Origin: Pseudomonadota bacterium
GTDB taxonomy: Bacteria; Myxococcota_A; Polyangia; DRWM01
Direction: 5' to 3'
Length of the DNA: 14,112 bases
Assembly (NCBI GenBank): GCA_043813155.1
Contig: JBDRLK010000004.1
Location: 1-14,112, forward strand
The number at the start of each line of letters is the position of its first letter. Position 1 is the stretch's first letter. The notes beneath the pieces are model-generated. The model searched no databases. It saw only the letters and a list, made by a program, of their open reading frames with translations, and had not been told where the DNA came from. Below are positions 13,865 to 14,112 of this stretch, one piece after another. The translations under genes were made by a program, and so were the position numbers.

Positions 13865-14112
13865 TTAGTACAACGCCCCGCAAGTTAGGGACCAGCCTTG
13901 TAGCGAGGCCGCGGATGTGGAGCCGGATCGCGAGCGCGCCCGCAGCGCCCGATGGAGGCGTAGCAGGGCTACATCGACGAGGGCGCGAGGACGAAAGCCG
14001 CAAAGTGCACCCCACGGAAGCCATTTCGTCTGGAACGATTTTCCGCTTCCGCAGGGACCCCGCCTCATTGCCCACAGGCGCGGCCGCAGTAGAGTGGTGG
14101 TCCCTGATTTGC

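Noticed and set aside
13868-14112. A possible tRNA or other small RNA gene in the GC-rich 3' flank.
   Set aside because: I could not fold any ~75-nt segment into a cloverleaf, and found no conserved GTTC-type T-loop with an appropriately placed acceptor stem. There is no support for an RNA gene from sequence inspection alone.

Overview
This is a high-GC (about 63%) bacterial window that looks deltaproteobacterial and anaerobic. It holds five blocks:

- **IS scar (1-780):** a decayed junction with lower GC. The minus strand carries a frameshifted C-terminal fragment of a DDE (rve-type) transposase. It abuts a plus-strand ORF that has lost its natural stop.
- **NfeD-flotillin operon (791-2844, +):** an NfeD-like membrane protein and a flotillin/SPFH protein, translationally coupled through a TAATG overlap.
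- **Secreted M23 metallopeptidase (2856-4385, -):** convergent with the flotillin gene. It has acidic DVDDVAEP repeats encoded by a 24-nt DNA tandem repeat, and a Cys-containing MYXO-CTERM-like sorting tail.
- **Cation-chloride cotransporter (4631-6973, -):** a bacterial SLC12/CCC homologue with a complete SLC12-type C-terminal cytoplasmic domain.
- **Non-canonical hdrA/mvhD cluster (7091-13649, +):** this is the most interesting part. It is divergently transcribed from the transporter across a 117-bp AT-rich intergenic region, and comprises:
  1. A canonical HdrA split into two ATGA-overlapping genes. The split falls exactly at the start of an inserted NuoG/HydA-like [2Fe-2S]+2x[4Fe-4S] module, which sits inside HdrA's inserted-ferredoxin domain.
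  2. An FrhB/FdhB-like flavoprotein carrying a C-terminal HdrC-like di-cluster domain.
  3. A standalone MvhD.
  4. A 768-aa tandem-duplicated HdrA FAD domain that lacks the N-terminal Cys domain.

  No HdrB/HdrC CCG-domain genes are present in the window. This looks like an undescribed flavin-based electron-bifurcation-type module.

Directly at the stop codon of the last hdrA-like gene sits a 216-bp MITE-like element. It has perfect 25-bp terminal inverted repeats, a TTA target-site duplication and nested internal palindromes.

The many long antisense ORFs in the six-frame track are high-GC artefacts.
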